Shown piece after piece: positions 48,362-60,163 of a DNA stretch of 64,000 nucleotides. Position 1 is the stretch's first letter; the number at the start of each line of letters is the position of its first letter. This DNA comes from an uncultured Acidobacteriota bacterium. Lineage in GTDB: Bacteria; Acidobacteriota; Vicinamibacteria; Marinacidobacterales; SMYC01. The position numbers were made by a program, and so were the translations under genes. The stretch spans positions 186,033 through 250,032 of the forward strand of contig CAWGBY010000003.1 of the NCBI GenBank assembly GCA_963820855.1. The letters run 5' to 3'. A model generated the notes under the pieces. That model was not told the origin of the DNA, made no database searches, and saw nothing but the letters and a program-made list of their open reading frames with translations.

Positions 48362-49580
48362 ATGTCCCGAAAGGAAGCGAAGTTCGCGCTCGATTGCGCC
48401 GCTTGCGGCGCGCGCCAGGAACCCTCTCCCTCGAGCCGACTCGATGCGCGCGCTGCGGCGGACCGCTGGTCCCGATCTTCTCACCATCGCGGCTCGAGGA
48501 GCCCCACCTCCCCGGCATCTGGAGGTATTTTCCGCTCCTTCCGCTCTCGGACGAGAGCGCGATCGTTTCTCTCGGTGAAGGCGGAACTCCGCGGCTTTCC
48601 GCTCCGAGGCTCGCCGCTTCGCTTGGCCTCGACGAGCTTACCTTCAAAGACGAGACACGGAATCCGACGGGCTCGTTCAAGGACCGGATGCTCGCCGTCG
48701 GCATTTCTCGCGCAAAGGAGCTCGGTAAGACGACCATCTGCGTGCAGTCCTCCGGGAACGTCGCCGCCGCGGCATCCGCGTACGCGGCGAAAGCGGGAAT
48801 CTCGGCGAAGGTCTTCGTGCCGCGGTCCGTGCCCGAGGAGAAGCTCGCGCAGATCCTGATGTACGGGGCCGAGCTCTTTCGCATCGACGAGAGCTCTCCT
48901 GCCGCGGTGTTCGACTTGATGAGCGAGGCCGCGACCCGATTCGATTGGCACGTGGTCGCGACGACCGCGCTCTACAATCCGTTCACGCTCGAGGGATCGA
49001 AGACCATCGCCTACGAGCTCGCTCGAGACGTTCCCGACTGGCTCGTCGTGCCGGTCGGCGGCGGTGGAAATATCGGCTCTCTCTGGCGTGGGTTTCTCGA
49101 GCTCCGAGCGCTCGGAGCCATCGACCGCCTGCCGCGACTCGCCGGCGTCCAGGCCGAGGGCTGCGCTCCGTTCGTCGACGCGATCGCGTCCGGCCTCTCC
49201 TGGAAGGAGGCAGCCTCCCGGCGCTGGCCGGAGATCCAGACCGTCTGCGGGGCTATCGCGGATGACGTGGTCTTCGACGCGCACATCGCGATCCCCGCGG
49301 TGCTCGAGTCGGGAGGGACCGCTATCGCCGTGAGCGACGAGGAGACACTCGAAGCGGAGCAGGTCCTCGCCTCGACCGAAGGGCTTTTCGTCGAGCCGTC
49401 GAGTGCGACCGTAGTCGCGGCGCTCCGAGAGGCTCGTCGACCGGGGAACCATCGACCGGAAGAGCCGCGTTTGCTGCCTCGCCACCGGCACCGGGCTGAA
49501 GGATCTGAGCTCGGCGAAGGGCCTCGTTCGCCTTCCGAATGTGATCTCGGCACTGGAATTCCGCCGCCGGTTGCCCTAGG
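48362..49580 (+). CDS. thrC: Threonine synthase (short form with N-terminal zinc ribbon); frameshifted
   Basis: CAACGAR...CARCGG zinc ribbon. FKDETRNPTGSFKDRM (PLP lysine motif). GNVAAAASAYAAKAGI...VPVGGGGNIGS. Confidence 0.75.
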
Positions 49581-49592
49581 CTTTTGGGTGAT

Positions 49593-50085
49593 GGACGCGA
49601 ACGAGCGCGCGATCCTCTTCCAGAGCGCCATGGAGGACTACCGGGCGAGGCTCCACACCTTCGCCGCGAGCTCGCTCCGGAAACTGGTCGAGGATGGCAG
49701 CACCGATCCCGCGCACCTCTCCTATTACGGCCTCCTGATGGCGATGACCGAGGGGCGCTTCGAAAGCGCGATCGCGCTCTGCCGGCGGGCCATCGAGAAG
49801 GACGGTCGGCGGCAGAGCGATCTCTATCTGAACCTCGGGAGGGTCCTCGCGATGAGCCGCAGGCGGGGCGCGGCCATCGAAGCGCTCACCGAAGGGCTCG
49901 CGAAGCACCCGGAGGATGAAAGGCTCCGGCGCGAGCTCCGGCACCTGGTCCCGCGGGCGACCCCGACGTTTCGCTCGCTGCCCCGGCGGCATCCCTTGAA
50001 CAAATACATGGGGATCGCGAGGACGGTATCGGCGCGCCTCTGGGTGACGTTCATTCCGCAGGTGCGGCGGCGCGGGCGGCGTTAG
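49593..50085 (+). CDS. Hypothetical helical (TPR-like) protein
   Basis: ATG-initiated sub-ORF of 164 aa within ORF 48292..50085. No recognisable catalytic motif. Confidence 0.3.
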
Positions 50086-51400
50086 GCCGCCGGGCGAGAT
50101 AGAAGATCACTCCGACCGCCTGAATCCCCAATCCCATGATGGAGCTCAGAAGGCTCCTCGACGAGCGTGTTCAGAACGAAGACCAACGCCACCAGCACGA
50201 AGATCGCGACGGGAAACGGGTAGAACGGCACGCGATAGGGCCGCGCCCATTCCGGGTGGCGCCGCCTCAGCACCACGACGGAACAGGCGATCATCGCGAA
50301 GAGCATCCAGTTCGCGAACATCGCCATGGTGATGAGGTGCTCGTAGCCTCCGGTCAAGGTCAGGATCGCCGCCCAGCACGCGAGAAACCAGATCGCGTTC
50401 GCGGGGCTCTCGAAACGGGGGTGGATCTCGGCGAGCTTCTGGTAGACCAGCCCGTCGCGGGCCATGGCGAAGAGCACGCGCGGACCGGCCAGCATGTTGG
50501 CCGCGTTCGCCCCGAACGTGGAGCACATGATGGCGAGTGCGATCAAGCTCGCTCCCACGGGGCCGACGAGCGCCGAAGCGGCGTCCGAAGCGACGCGATC
50601 GGAAGCGGCGATGCCCGCCTGGCCGAGGGCGAAGTAGTAGGCGACGTTCACCGCCGCGTAAATCGCGATCATGGTGAAGATGCCGATGAGGATGCTCCGG
50701 GGAACGTTCCTCGCCGGGTCCTTCATCTCGCCGGCCACGAAGCCGACGAAGTGCCATCCGTCGTAGGCGAAGAGCGTCGAGATCATCGCGACGCCGATGG
50801 CGCTGAAAACGTCGAAGTCGACTTTCTCCGGCGCGAGCGGCAGCAGGTTCGTGACGCTGCCACGCTGCGTGATGACGGCCGCCGCGACCAGGGCTAGAAG
50901 GCTTCCCGCCTTCAGAATGGTGAATCCGTTCTGGACGTTCGCACCCCAGCGGACTCCCCGCGAGTTCACGAACGCGAGAGCGAGGAGCACGACGATGCCG
51001 AGGACTTTGGCCGCGGGTTCGGGCAGCGGAAGGAAATGACCCAGGTAGAGGAGGAAAGCGGCGGTGAGCGCTGCCATGGAGCCCGGGATGACCACGAGGA
51101 TCACCGTCCATCCGTAGAGAAATGCGAAAAAGCGCCCGTAGGCCTCTCGCATGTAGACGTAGAGGCCGCCGGAATGCGGAAGCATGGCCCCGAGCTCCGC
51201 GAGCGCGAGCGCCCCGGCAAGGACGAGAAGACCCGAGAACACCCAGATGCCGATGACCAGGCCCGGCTCGGGAACTCGCCGCGCCATGAGGCTCGGAACG
51301 ACGAAGATTGCCGAGCCGATGACCGAGCCAATGAGAAGGAGCGCTCCGTCCGGGAGGCCGAGCTTTCGCGGGAGCTCGCTCACCGGCCCGCTTGCGAAAT
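50082..51400 (-). CDS. APC-family amino acid permease
   Basis: LIGSVIGSAIFVVPSLMARRV...HSGGLYVYMREAYGRFFAFLYGWT. Confidence 0.75.
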
Positions 51401-52648
51401 GCGGTAGAGCTTCGTCGCGGTTCGAATCAGGAGGCTCCCGCGCGCCATGGCCGGAGTCGCAAGCGCCACCTCGTCGAGGGAGTTCTTCGCCACGACCCGG
51501 AACTCCGGCCCGGCCTGGATGACGTAGGTCACGCCTTCCTCGCTCAGGCAAAAAATCTTGCCGTTGTACGCCCAGGGCGAAGCGGTGAAAGCTCCCGCCA
51601 CCGGATCGATGCGCTTCTTGTCGTAGACGAGCGTCCCCGTTCTCGCGTCATGGCTCGTGAAGAAGCCGCGATCGTGAAGCGTATAGAAGATCTCGCCGTA
51701 CAGGATGGGCGACACGTTGTAAGGACCCGCCTGCCGATGAGTCCAGACGATTTCGCCGCCGGGCTTGATCGCGTAGACGGGTCTCAAGTCGTCGCCCACG
51801 TACCCCGAGGAAACGTACAGAAGCCCGAACTTCGAGAACGGGGTGGGAATGGTGATGGAGGACATCCCGGCGATCTCCCAGAGGAGCTTCCCGTCGAGGT
51901 CGTAGCTTCGTATCTTGTTCGCGCCCGTGGTCACGATCTCGGTGCGGAGCTCGTTCTTCCAGACGTAAGGCGTCGACCAGTTGCTCTTCTCGTCGCGGGG
52001 TACGCGGAAGATCTCCTTTCCCGTCGCGGCGTCGAGGGCGAGAAGATAGGAGCTTTCCTCGTTGTCGTTCACGAGATAGAGGCGGCCGTCGTGAAGAACG
52101 GGCGAAGACGCGGTGCCCCAGCCGTTGCGCGTCTCCGCGCGAGCGATCTCGTGCTGCCAGAGAAGAGTGCCCTCGTGATCGAACGCGAAGACGCCGAGGT
52201 TGCCGAAGTACGCGTAGACCCTGTCGGCGTCGGCGACGGGCGTCTCCGACGCGTAGCTGTTCTTCAGGTGGCGGGCCTTCGATGGCAGTCCTCGATGGAC
52301 CTCTTTCTCCCAGGCGATTCTGCCCGTGGACCAATCGAGGCCATAGACCATCCATCGATGCTCGCCCGGGGGGACGTCCTGGGGACCGCCTTCGTAGAGA
52401 CCGGTTCGGGGAGCGCCCGGGTCCGCGTCGGCGACGACCGAGGTCAGGAAGATTCGCTCGCCCCAGACGATGGGGGAGGACCAACCGCGCCCCGGGAATC
52501 GAGGCCTTCCAGACCACATTCTCCGTGGCGCTCCAGGTCTCCGGAAGACGCGGGTCCTCGGCCACGCCCATCGCGTCCGGACCGCGGAACTGCGGCCAGT
52601 TGTCGGAAGCACTCGCGGAAGCCAGGAGGAAGAGAAGGAGACGGCTCA
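51380..52648 (-). CDS. Secreted PQQ-like beta-propeller protein; start ATG overlaps the stop of the upstream amine oxidase (ATGA)
   Basis: Signal peptide MSRLLLFLLASASASDNWPQFRGPDAMG. Repeated ...GTLLWQ.../...GKLLWE... propeller blades. One frameshift near the N-terminus. Confidence 0.6.
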
Positions 52649-54070
52649 TGTTTCCTGGATCTCCTTCGCCACGCGGACTCCGGACGCGATCGCTCCGTTC
52701 ATCGAAGCCGTCGCGGTGTGCTCGCCGGCGAAGTGCACGACGCCCTCTGGCCTTCTCGCGATCAGCGCGGTAGTCCTTCTGGCCGACTCCGAGAAAGGAG
52801 TAGCTTCCTCGCACCCAGGGGTCTTCGTTCCAGTACTTGATGGCGGCGCTCTCCCAGAGCTTGGGCGCCTCGGGCCAGATTCGGGTCACTTCCGCGAGAG
52901 CGGTCTCGAGGCGGGAATCCTCCGAAAGAAAACCGAGCTTCTCGGCGTCGGCGCCCGAGGTGAAGCTCATGAGGATGCCGCGCGGCCCGGGCTGATCGAT
53001 CGACATATGGTAGACGCGCCGGAGCATGGTGTCGGTGAAGACCCGCTGGCCGATGCTTCCCGGCTCGTCCCAGAACCTCTTCCGGAACTGCATCGCCACT
53101 TTCATCACCTGCCCGTAGCAGAGCGAGTCGATGACCTTCGTCTTCTCGGGAGAGAACGACGGAGAGAGCTCGACGTCGCGCAGCACTTTGAACGGAAGAG
53201 CCAGGACGAGCTTCGGCGCGCGCATCGACGAAAGCGACCCGCCCTCCTCGAACCAGACTTCGGCGCCGTTCGCGTCGTGGACGATCCGTCGCACCGGGCG
53301 GCGATAGAGAATCTTGTCCGAGAGAGCGCGCGCGAAGGCCTTCGGCAGCTGGTCGTTTCCGCCCAGGATCCGTCCTTCGTCCACGTCCTCGTTGAATCCG
53401 CCCTCGTGCACCCCGCTCATCACCAGTCCGTAGGCCGACATCTCGTGGGGCCGCGCGGTCGACTCCGTGGCGTTCAAGTAGGTGTAGAGGGCGATGATGT
53501 CCCGCGGCGCGCCTTCTTCGAGAAGGAGCTCGACCGCCGAGAGGTTGTCGAGCTTCTGGATTTCCGGCGGAGGCGCCTCCCGATCCTTGACCATGGCGGT
53601 GAGCCGCTTGATGTACTCCGTCTCCTGACCGAAGAGCTGGCCCTTCTTCGTCCCCTCGAAGGGGAGGGATGCGGTCCCGTCCTTGATCGCTTTCATCGCG
53701 ATCTTCCGCCCGCGGACGAAAATACCGTCGTAGAGCTTGGCGGTCAGGACCTTGAGCCCGAACTCCTTGCAGTAGAGATGATCGTACTCGTCCGTCGCGT
53801 CGACGTACTCCGCGCCCATCTCGGCGTAGAGCCCGTCGGCGAAGGGGTCACGATAGGTGCGAACGCGCCCACCGGGACGGGAGCGCGCTTCGAGAACGGT
53901 GACGCCGTAGCCGGCTTTGTCGAGCTCGTACGCCGCCGCGAGTCCGGCGAGCCCGGCGCCGACCACGAGAACGCGCGTTCTCTCCGCGGATTGAAACGCG
54001 AAGGAAGCGCGAGACGCGAATCCCGCGGCGAGAGCGCCGCCCGACGCTCGAAGAAACGATCGGCGATCCA
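52646..54070 (-). CDS. TAT-exported flavin-containing amine oxidase (L-amino-acid oxidase / monoamine oxidase family); frameshift near 52735
   Basis: Twin-arginine signal MDRRSFLRASGGALAAGFA. VLVVGAGLAGLAAAYELDKAGYGVTVLEARSRPGGR (dinucleotide fold). C-terminal HFAGEHTATASMNGAIASGVRVAKEI. Confidence 0.75.
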
Positions 54071-54099
54071 TCCTAGCCTCCTGGACCCTTCCGCAGCGG

Positions 54100-55122
54100 C
54101 CCGCGGACCCGGGAAACGTACAGTCTCGATGAAGCGCTGCCAGTCGAGGTCGTACTGGACGCTCATCTTCTTCGCGCCCGAAGCGCCCGGCCAGAGCTCG
54201 CGTGCCGCCGACCGAGACCCCGTAGTTGATATCGTGGTTTACGTCCACGTCCACGTAGAGCTCTTCCGTCGTCACGAGCGTGCGATCGATGAGGCTCGCC
54301 ATCGCGACCTGGTCGTACATGAGCCAGTCGCGCTCGGGCTCCGTCTGGAAGTGAGGGCCCATCGTTTCGCGGAGGAGGGCGGTGATGGGAGTTTCGGTCG
54401 CGACCATCTCGTCGTACCACTTCTTGGTGAGCTTCGTTTTCCGCGAGACGTTGAGAGGCGAGAGCAGAATCGGAATGCCCGAGCGAAGCGTCTTCCGCGC
54501 CGCTTCGGGGTCGACCCAGAAGTTGAACTCGGCGTTGGGTGTGATGTTTCCGCCTCCATCCGGGAGAGAAGCGATGGCGCCTCCCATGATGACGAGCTCC
54601 TTCACCTTGGAGGCGAGCCCCGGCTCCTTCCCGAGAGCGATGGCGACGTTCGTGAGCGGTCCGAGGGCCACGATGGTGATGCCGCCCGGACTCGCGGAGA
54701 CCGTCCTCACGATGTAGTCGTAGGCGCTCTCGACTTCGGCACGCTTCCTCGCGAAGCCGCCCGGAGGGGGCTTCGGGGGCTCGTCCGACCACCACTTCCC
54801 GTAGTTCGCTTCGGCGAAATCGCTCTTTTCGTGAACCAGCGGCATGTCCGCTCCGCGGTAGACCGGAATGTCCGTCGCGGCCGACGATCTCGAGAAGCCG
54901 GAGGACGTCCGACGTTTCCGCTCTCGAGGCTCTCGTTCCCCGCGACGGTGGTGATGCCGAGGATCTCGACTTCCGGCGACTGAAGCGCCAGGAGCAGCGC
55001 CATGCCGTCATCGCCCGGAGGAAGGATGAAGTCGGTGTCGAAGATGATGCGGTGCGGTTGCGCGGACGCCGCGATCGCGCTGAGAGAAAGAAAGAGAACG
55101 AGGGCGACCCTCGAAGCCATGG
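54100..55122 (-). CDS. Secreted inosine-uridine-preferring nucleoside hydrolase family protein; frameshifted
   Basis: Signal peptide MASRVALVLFLSLSAIAASA. HRIIFDTDFILPPGDDGMALLLALQSPEVEILGITTVAGN (IU_nuc_hydro DXDXXXDD motif). Confidence 0.65.
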
Positions 55123-55243
55123 CCGGGAGAGTATCACAGCGCCCCGAGGCCGCAGCCGGGTCGAGGTCGGGACGTGCTATCGTGTCGCGGAATGTGACGA
55201 AGCGAGGGCGAGCCTCGTTTCGGTGTGAGTCGAGGAGGGCAGT

Positions 55244-55723
55244 ATGGAGCGAATCATCGAGAATCTCGTTCGTGACTTCGAAAGCGGAAAGCTGAGCCGC
55301 CGTGAGCTCATCCGGAGCCTCGCGCTCACCGCGACGGCCGCGGCGGTGGCGGCGCCCGCCGTGGGGGCGAACGGATTCAAAGCGGTCGCGGTGAATCATA
55401 TTTCGTACGGGGTCGCGGACTACGCGCGGACGCGCGATTTCTACGCGGACCTTCTCGGCATGTCGGTCAAGGACGACGACGGCAAGCAGTGCACGCTCGC
55501 CTTCGGCGAGAGCTTCATCGTCGCGAGGAAGAGCCGGGATCCGGAGAGCAAGCCCGTCGTGGACCATTTCGCCATCACCATCGACACCTGGGACCGGGCG
55601 GCCGTGGAGGCGGAGCTGAAGAAACGGGGACTCGAGCCGCGGCCGGACACGGACGACAGCTTTCACGTGAAGGACCCCGACGGGTACACGCTCCAGATCT
55701 CCGGCAGGGGCATGAAGGCGTAA
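55244..55723 (+). CDS. VOC-family (glyoxalase/bleomycin-resistance/dioxygenase) protein with TAT signal
   Basis: SRRELIRSLALTATAAAVAAPAVGA, then HISYGVADYARTRDFYADLLGM...HFAITID. Confidence 0.65.
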   Translation: MERIIENLVRDFESGKLSRRELIRSLALTATAAAVAAPAVGANGFKAVAVNHISYGVADYARTRDFYADLLGMSVKDDDGKQCTLAFGESFIVARKSRDPESKPVVDHFAITIDTWDRAAVEAELKKRGLEPRPDTDDSFHVKDPDGYTLQISGRGMKA

Positions 55724-55749
55724 GATCTCCTCGCGGAGGTGCCAAAGAG

Positions 55750-56955
55750 TTGCTCAGGTCCTGTGTTCTCCTCCTCGCCGCGATGACGTATTCATCTTCT
55801 TCGTACGCAGCACCCGGGGATCTGGCGCCTGCCTGGGCTCGCTTCGAAAAGTCCTTCGGCGATCTCATGAAGGAAGAGCCGATGGTGGGAGGCGCGGTCT
55901 GGTTCTTTCACGAAGGCCGCCCGTGGCGAAGGTCCTCCACGGGATGGCCGACCTCGAGGAGAAGCGGCCGGTCGACGAGAACACCATCTTCCATTGGGGC
56001 TCCGTGACGAAGACCCTGACCGGCATCGCCGTCATGCAGCTCCGCGATCGGGGTCGGCTCAGCCTCGACGATCCGCTCGTGAAGTACCTCCCGGAGCTCC
56101 GCAAGGTCCATAACCCGTACGGCGATATGGAATCGATCACCATCCGCCAGGTCATGGCGCACTCGGCCGGTTTCCGAGCGGGCACCTGGCCCTGGGGAAC
56201 GGGAGAGCCCTGGCAGCCGTTCGAGCCGACAGAGTGGTCCCAACTGGTCGCGATGTTCCCCTATACCCAGATCGAATTTCCGCCCGGGAGCCGATTCAGC
56301 TACTCGAATCCCGCGATCATTTTCCTCGGACGAATCATCGAGCTCCTCGTCGGGCGAGGACTACGAGGTCTACGTCGACAAGAACATCTTCAAGCCGCTC
56401 GAGATGCATCGAAGCTACTTCGACCGCACGCCGTACCATCTCTTGCCGTTTCGCTCGAACAACTACACCGTTCGGGACGGAGTCCCTCAGGCGAACGGCC
56501 TCGACTTCGACACCGGAATCACCGTCTCCAACAGCGGCCTCAACGCTCCGATTTCCGATCTCGGCCGCTATACGGCGTTTCTCGTGGGCGATCCGGCGCG
56601 GCAAGCGGAATACGATCGGATCCTGAAGCGGTCGTCCCTCGAAGAGATGTGGGAGCCGGGGCTTCCCATGATCGACCCGGTGGCGGAGACGACCGGGACC
56701 ACGCGCGAGTCCATCGGTCTCATTTTCTTCGTTTCGGAGAAGGAGGGCGCGAAGCTCGTCGGCCATACGGGAAGCCAGGCCGCGTTCCAGTCGTTTCTCT
56801 ACATCGACCCGCGCGCGAGAACCGCGGCCATCGCCGCTTTCAACACGGACGGAATCGAGAAGGACGGCGCGCGCCGTCCGGATGCGCGAAAGGTGCTCAC
56901 CCGCGTGCGAGAAAGACTCTTCGAAGAGGTCTTTCCGCTCTTCCGGACGCCTTGA
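55750..56955 (+). CDS. Serine hydrolase, beta-lactamase-related (class C / transpeptidase superfamily); frameshifted
   Basis: Signal peptide LLRSCVLLLAAMTYSSSSYA. FHWGSVTKTL (S-x-x-K) ...YSN...HTGSQAAFQS (H-T-G). Confidence 0.65.
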
Positions 56956-56956
56956 G

Positions 56957-58641
<1,685 letters not shown>

Positions 58642-58659
58642 GAGCGGGCGCGATTATAG

Positions 58660-59156
58660 CGCAGCGTTTCTGGCGTCAGCTCGAAGGCGCGGGCTCCGAG
58701 CCCGCGGGCGCTGCCGAGAAGCTTCTGTCCGCAGTGAGCGCAATGGGTCCAGACGGGCTCGACCGGGCGGCGGCAGCTCGGACAGACCCGGGGCAGGGGA
58801 GAGCCGCACTGGGGGCAGAACGCGAAGTCGCGCCGCGCCGTCGCCCCGCATGCGGCGCAGGGCTGAAGAAGAGGCTCGCGCAGGAGGAAATAGGCGATGA
58901 ACCCGAGCGCGTTCGGAACGAAGAAAGCGATGAGCGTCCAGAGAACGTGGCGCATACCCCGCCGCTTCGCGTCGCCGTAGATGTAGGAGACCAGAAATCC
59001 GTAGAGGAAGATCACCGCTCCGATCAAGAGTCCCAGAAGGATTCGGAACGGGAGGGGCGGCTCGTCGACCGCTAGGACGAACGCCGTGAACCCAGCCACC
59101 GCGATGACGGCGGAGATGACCACTGAGGTCCTCTCTGCCACGTGGAACTCCGAGCT
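58660..59156 (-). CDS. Membrane protein with C-terminal double zinc-ribbon domain
   Basis: Three TM segments, then CAACGATARRDFAFCPQCGSPLPRVCPSCRRPVEPVWTHCAHCG. The 3' end is ambiguous because of frame changes. Confidence 0.4.
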
Positions 59157-59183
59157 CAACCTTGGATGGGCGTGATGGGGAAC

Positions 59184-59540
59184 TCATGCGATTCTCCTCT
59201 GCTTGCGAACGTGGAGGCCGAGAACCACGAAAAGAAAAGCCCCTGAAATCCAAGCCCCGGCCAAATAGGCCAGAGACCAGCTCAAGCTCCCGCCCTGGAG
59301 CGAGGCGAGCCCGAGTATCGAGAGCTTCCCCGCGGCGACGAAGCGCACCGCGAGGAAACCCACGAGCGCCACCGTCCACGAGAACAGCAGCAGGAACACC
59401 AGCACCAGACGGTTCAGCTTCTCGTCCGCACGGCTCGCGAGCTCCAGGTACGCGAGGCGCCGCACGCGTTCCACGAGGGCCGCCGGAGGCTGCGGAGTGG
59501 GCAGGCGGCGCAGCTCGTCCTCGAGCTCATCGCTCATCGG
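59184..59540 (-). CDS. Putative anti-sigma factor (N-terminal cytoplasmic helix plus 2 TM), coupled to the ECF sigma gene
   Basis: MSDELEDELRRLPTPQPPAALVERVRRLAYLELA..., then hydrophobic helices. ATG overlaps the sigma-factor stop. Confidence 0.45.
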   Translation of the reverse strand, partial: PMSDELEDELRRLPTPQPPAALVERVRRLAYLELASRADEKLNRLVLVFLLLFSWTVALVGFLAVRFVAAGKLSILGLASLQGGSLSWSLAYLAGAWISGAFLFVVLGLHVRKQRRIA

Positions 59541-60083
59541 GAGAATCCCTTTCGCAGGGTCGAGAGAGCTCTCTGGACCCGGGACTTGACGGTCGAGACC
59601 GGCGCCCGGAGGACGAGCGACATTTCCTCGAAGGTCATCTCCTCCTCGAACCTCAAGGTCACGGCCTCGCGATAGATGGCGGGAAGCTCCAGGATCTTCC
59701 TTTCGAGGAGTCCGCGTCGCTCCCGGTCGAGGAGCCGCTCGAGGTTGCCCGGCTCTTCCGCTTTCAATCTCGCGATTCGGGGCTCGCCGGTCGTGTCCGA
59801 GGGCTCGTCGAGGCTCTCCGGCGAGACTTTTCTGAGATGATCGATGGCGAGATTGCCGGGCGATCGAGAAGAGCCAGGGCTCGAAGGGTCTTCTTTCGTC
59901 GTATCGATGGATCCCGCCGATCACTTTGAGCCAGGTCTGCTGGAACAGATCCTCGGCCTGGGCGCTATTGCCGGTCAGTCTCAGGAGATAGCGGTACAGG
60001 CGGTTCTTGTAGCGGTTGAGGAGAAGGTCGAACGCCTCGGGCTCCCCACGGCGAAGCCGGGCGGGCTCACTATCCGCCGCCAT
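59537..60083 (-). CDS. RNA polymerase sigma-70 factor, ECF subfamily; one frameshift
   Basis: Region 2 (LLNRYKNRLYRYLLRLTGNSAQAEDLFQQTWLKV) and region 4 (LPAIYREAVTLRFEEEMTFEEMSLVLRAPVSTVKSRVQRAL). Confidence 0.75.
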
Positions 60084-60163
60084 CCAGTCCTCCGATCCGA
60101 GAGCCCATAGCACGGACATGCACACTCTATACGAGCGAGGACGGGAAAAAGACGCAAGGCGGG

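Noticed and set aside
51648-54845. 1065-aa ORF on the reverse strand
   Set aside because: A stop-free reading frame in high-GC DNA that strings together parts of three separate genes (nucleoside hydrolase, amine oxidase, PQQ protein) and much out-of-frame low-complexity Arg/Pro/Gly-rich sequence. Not a real giant protein.
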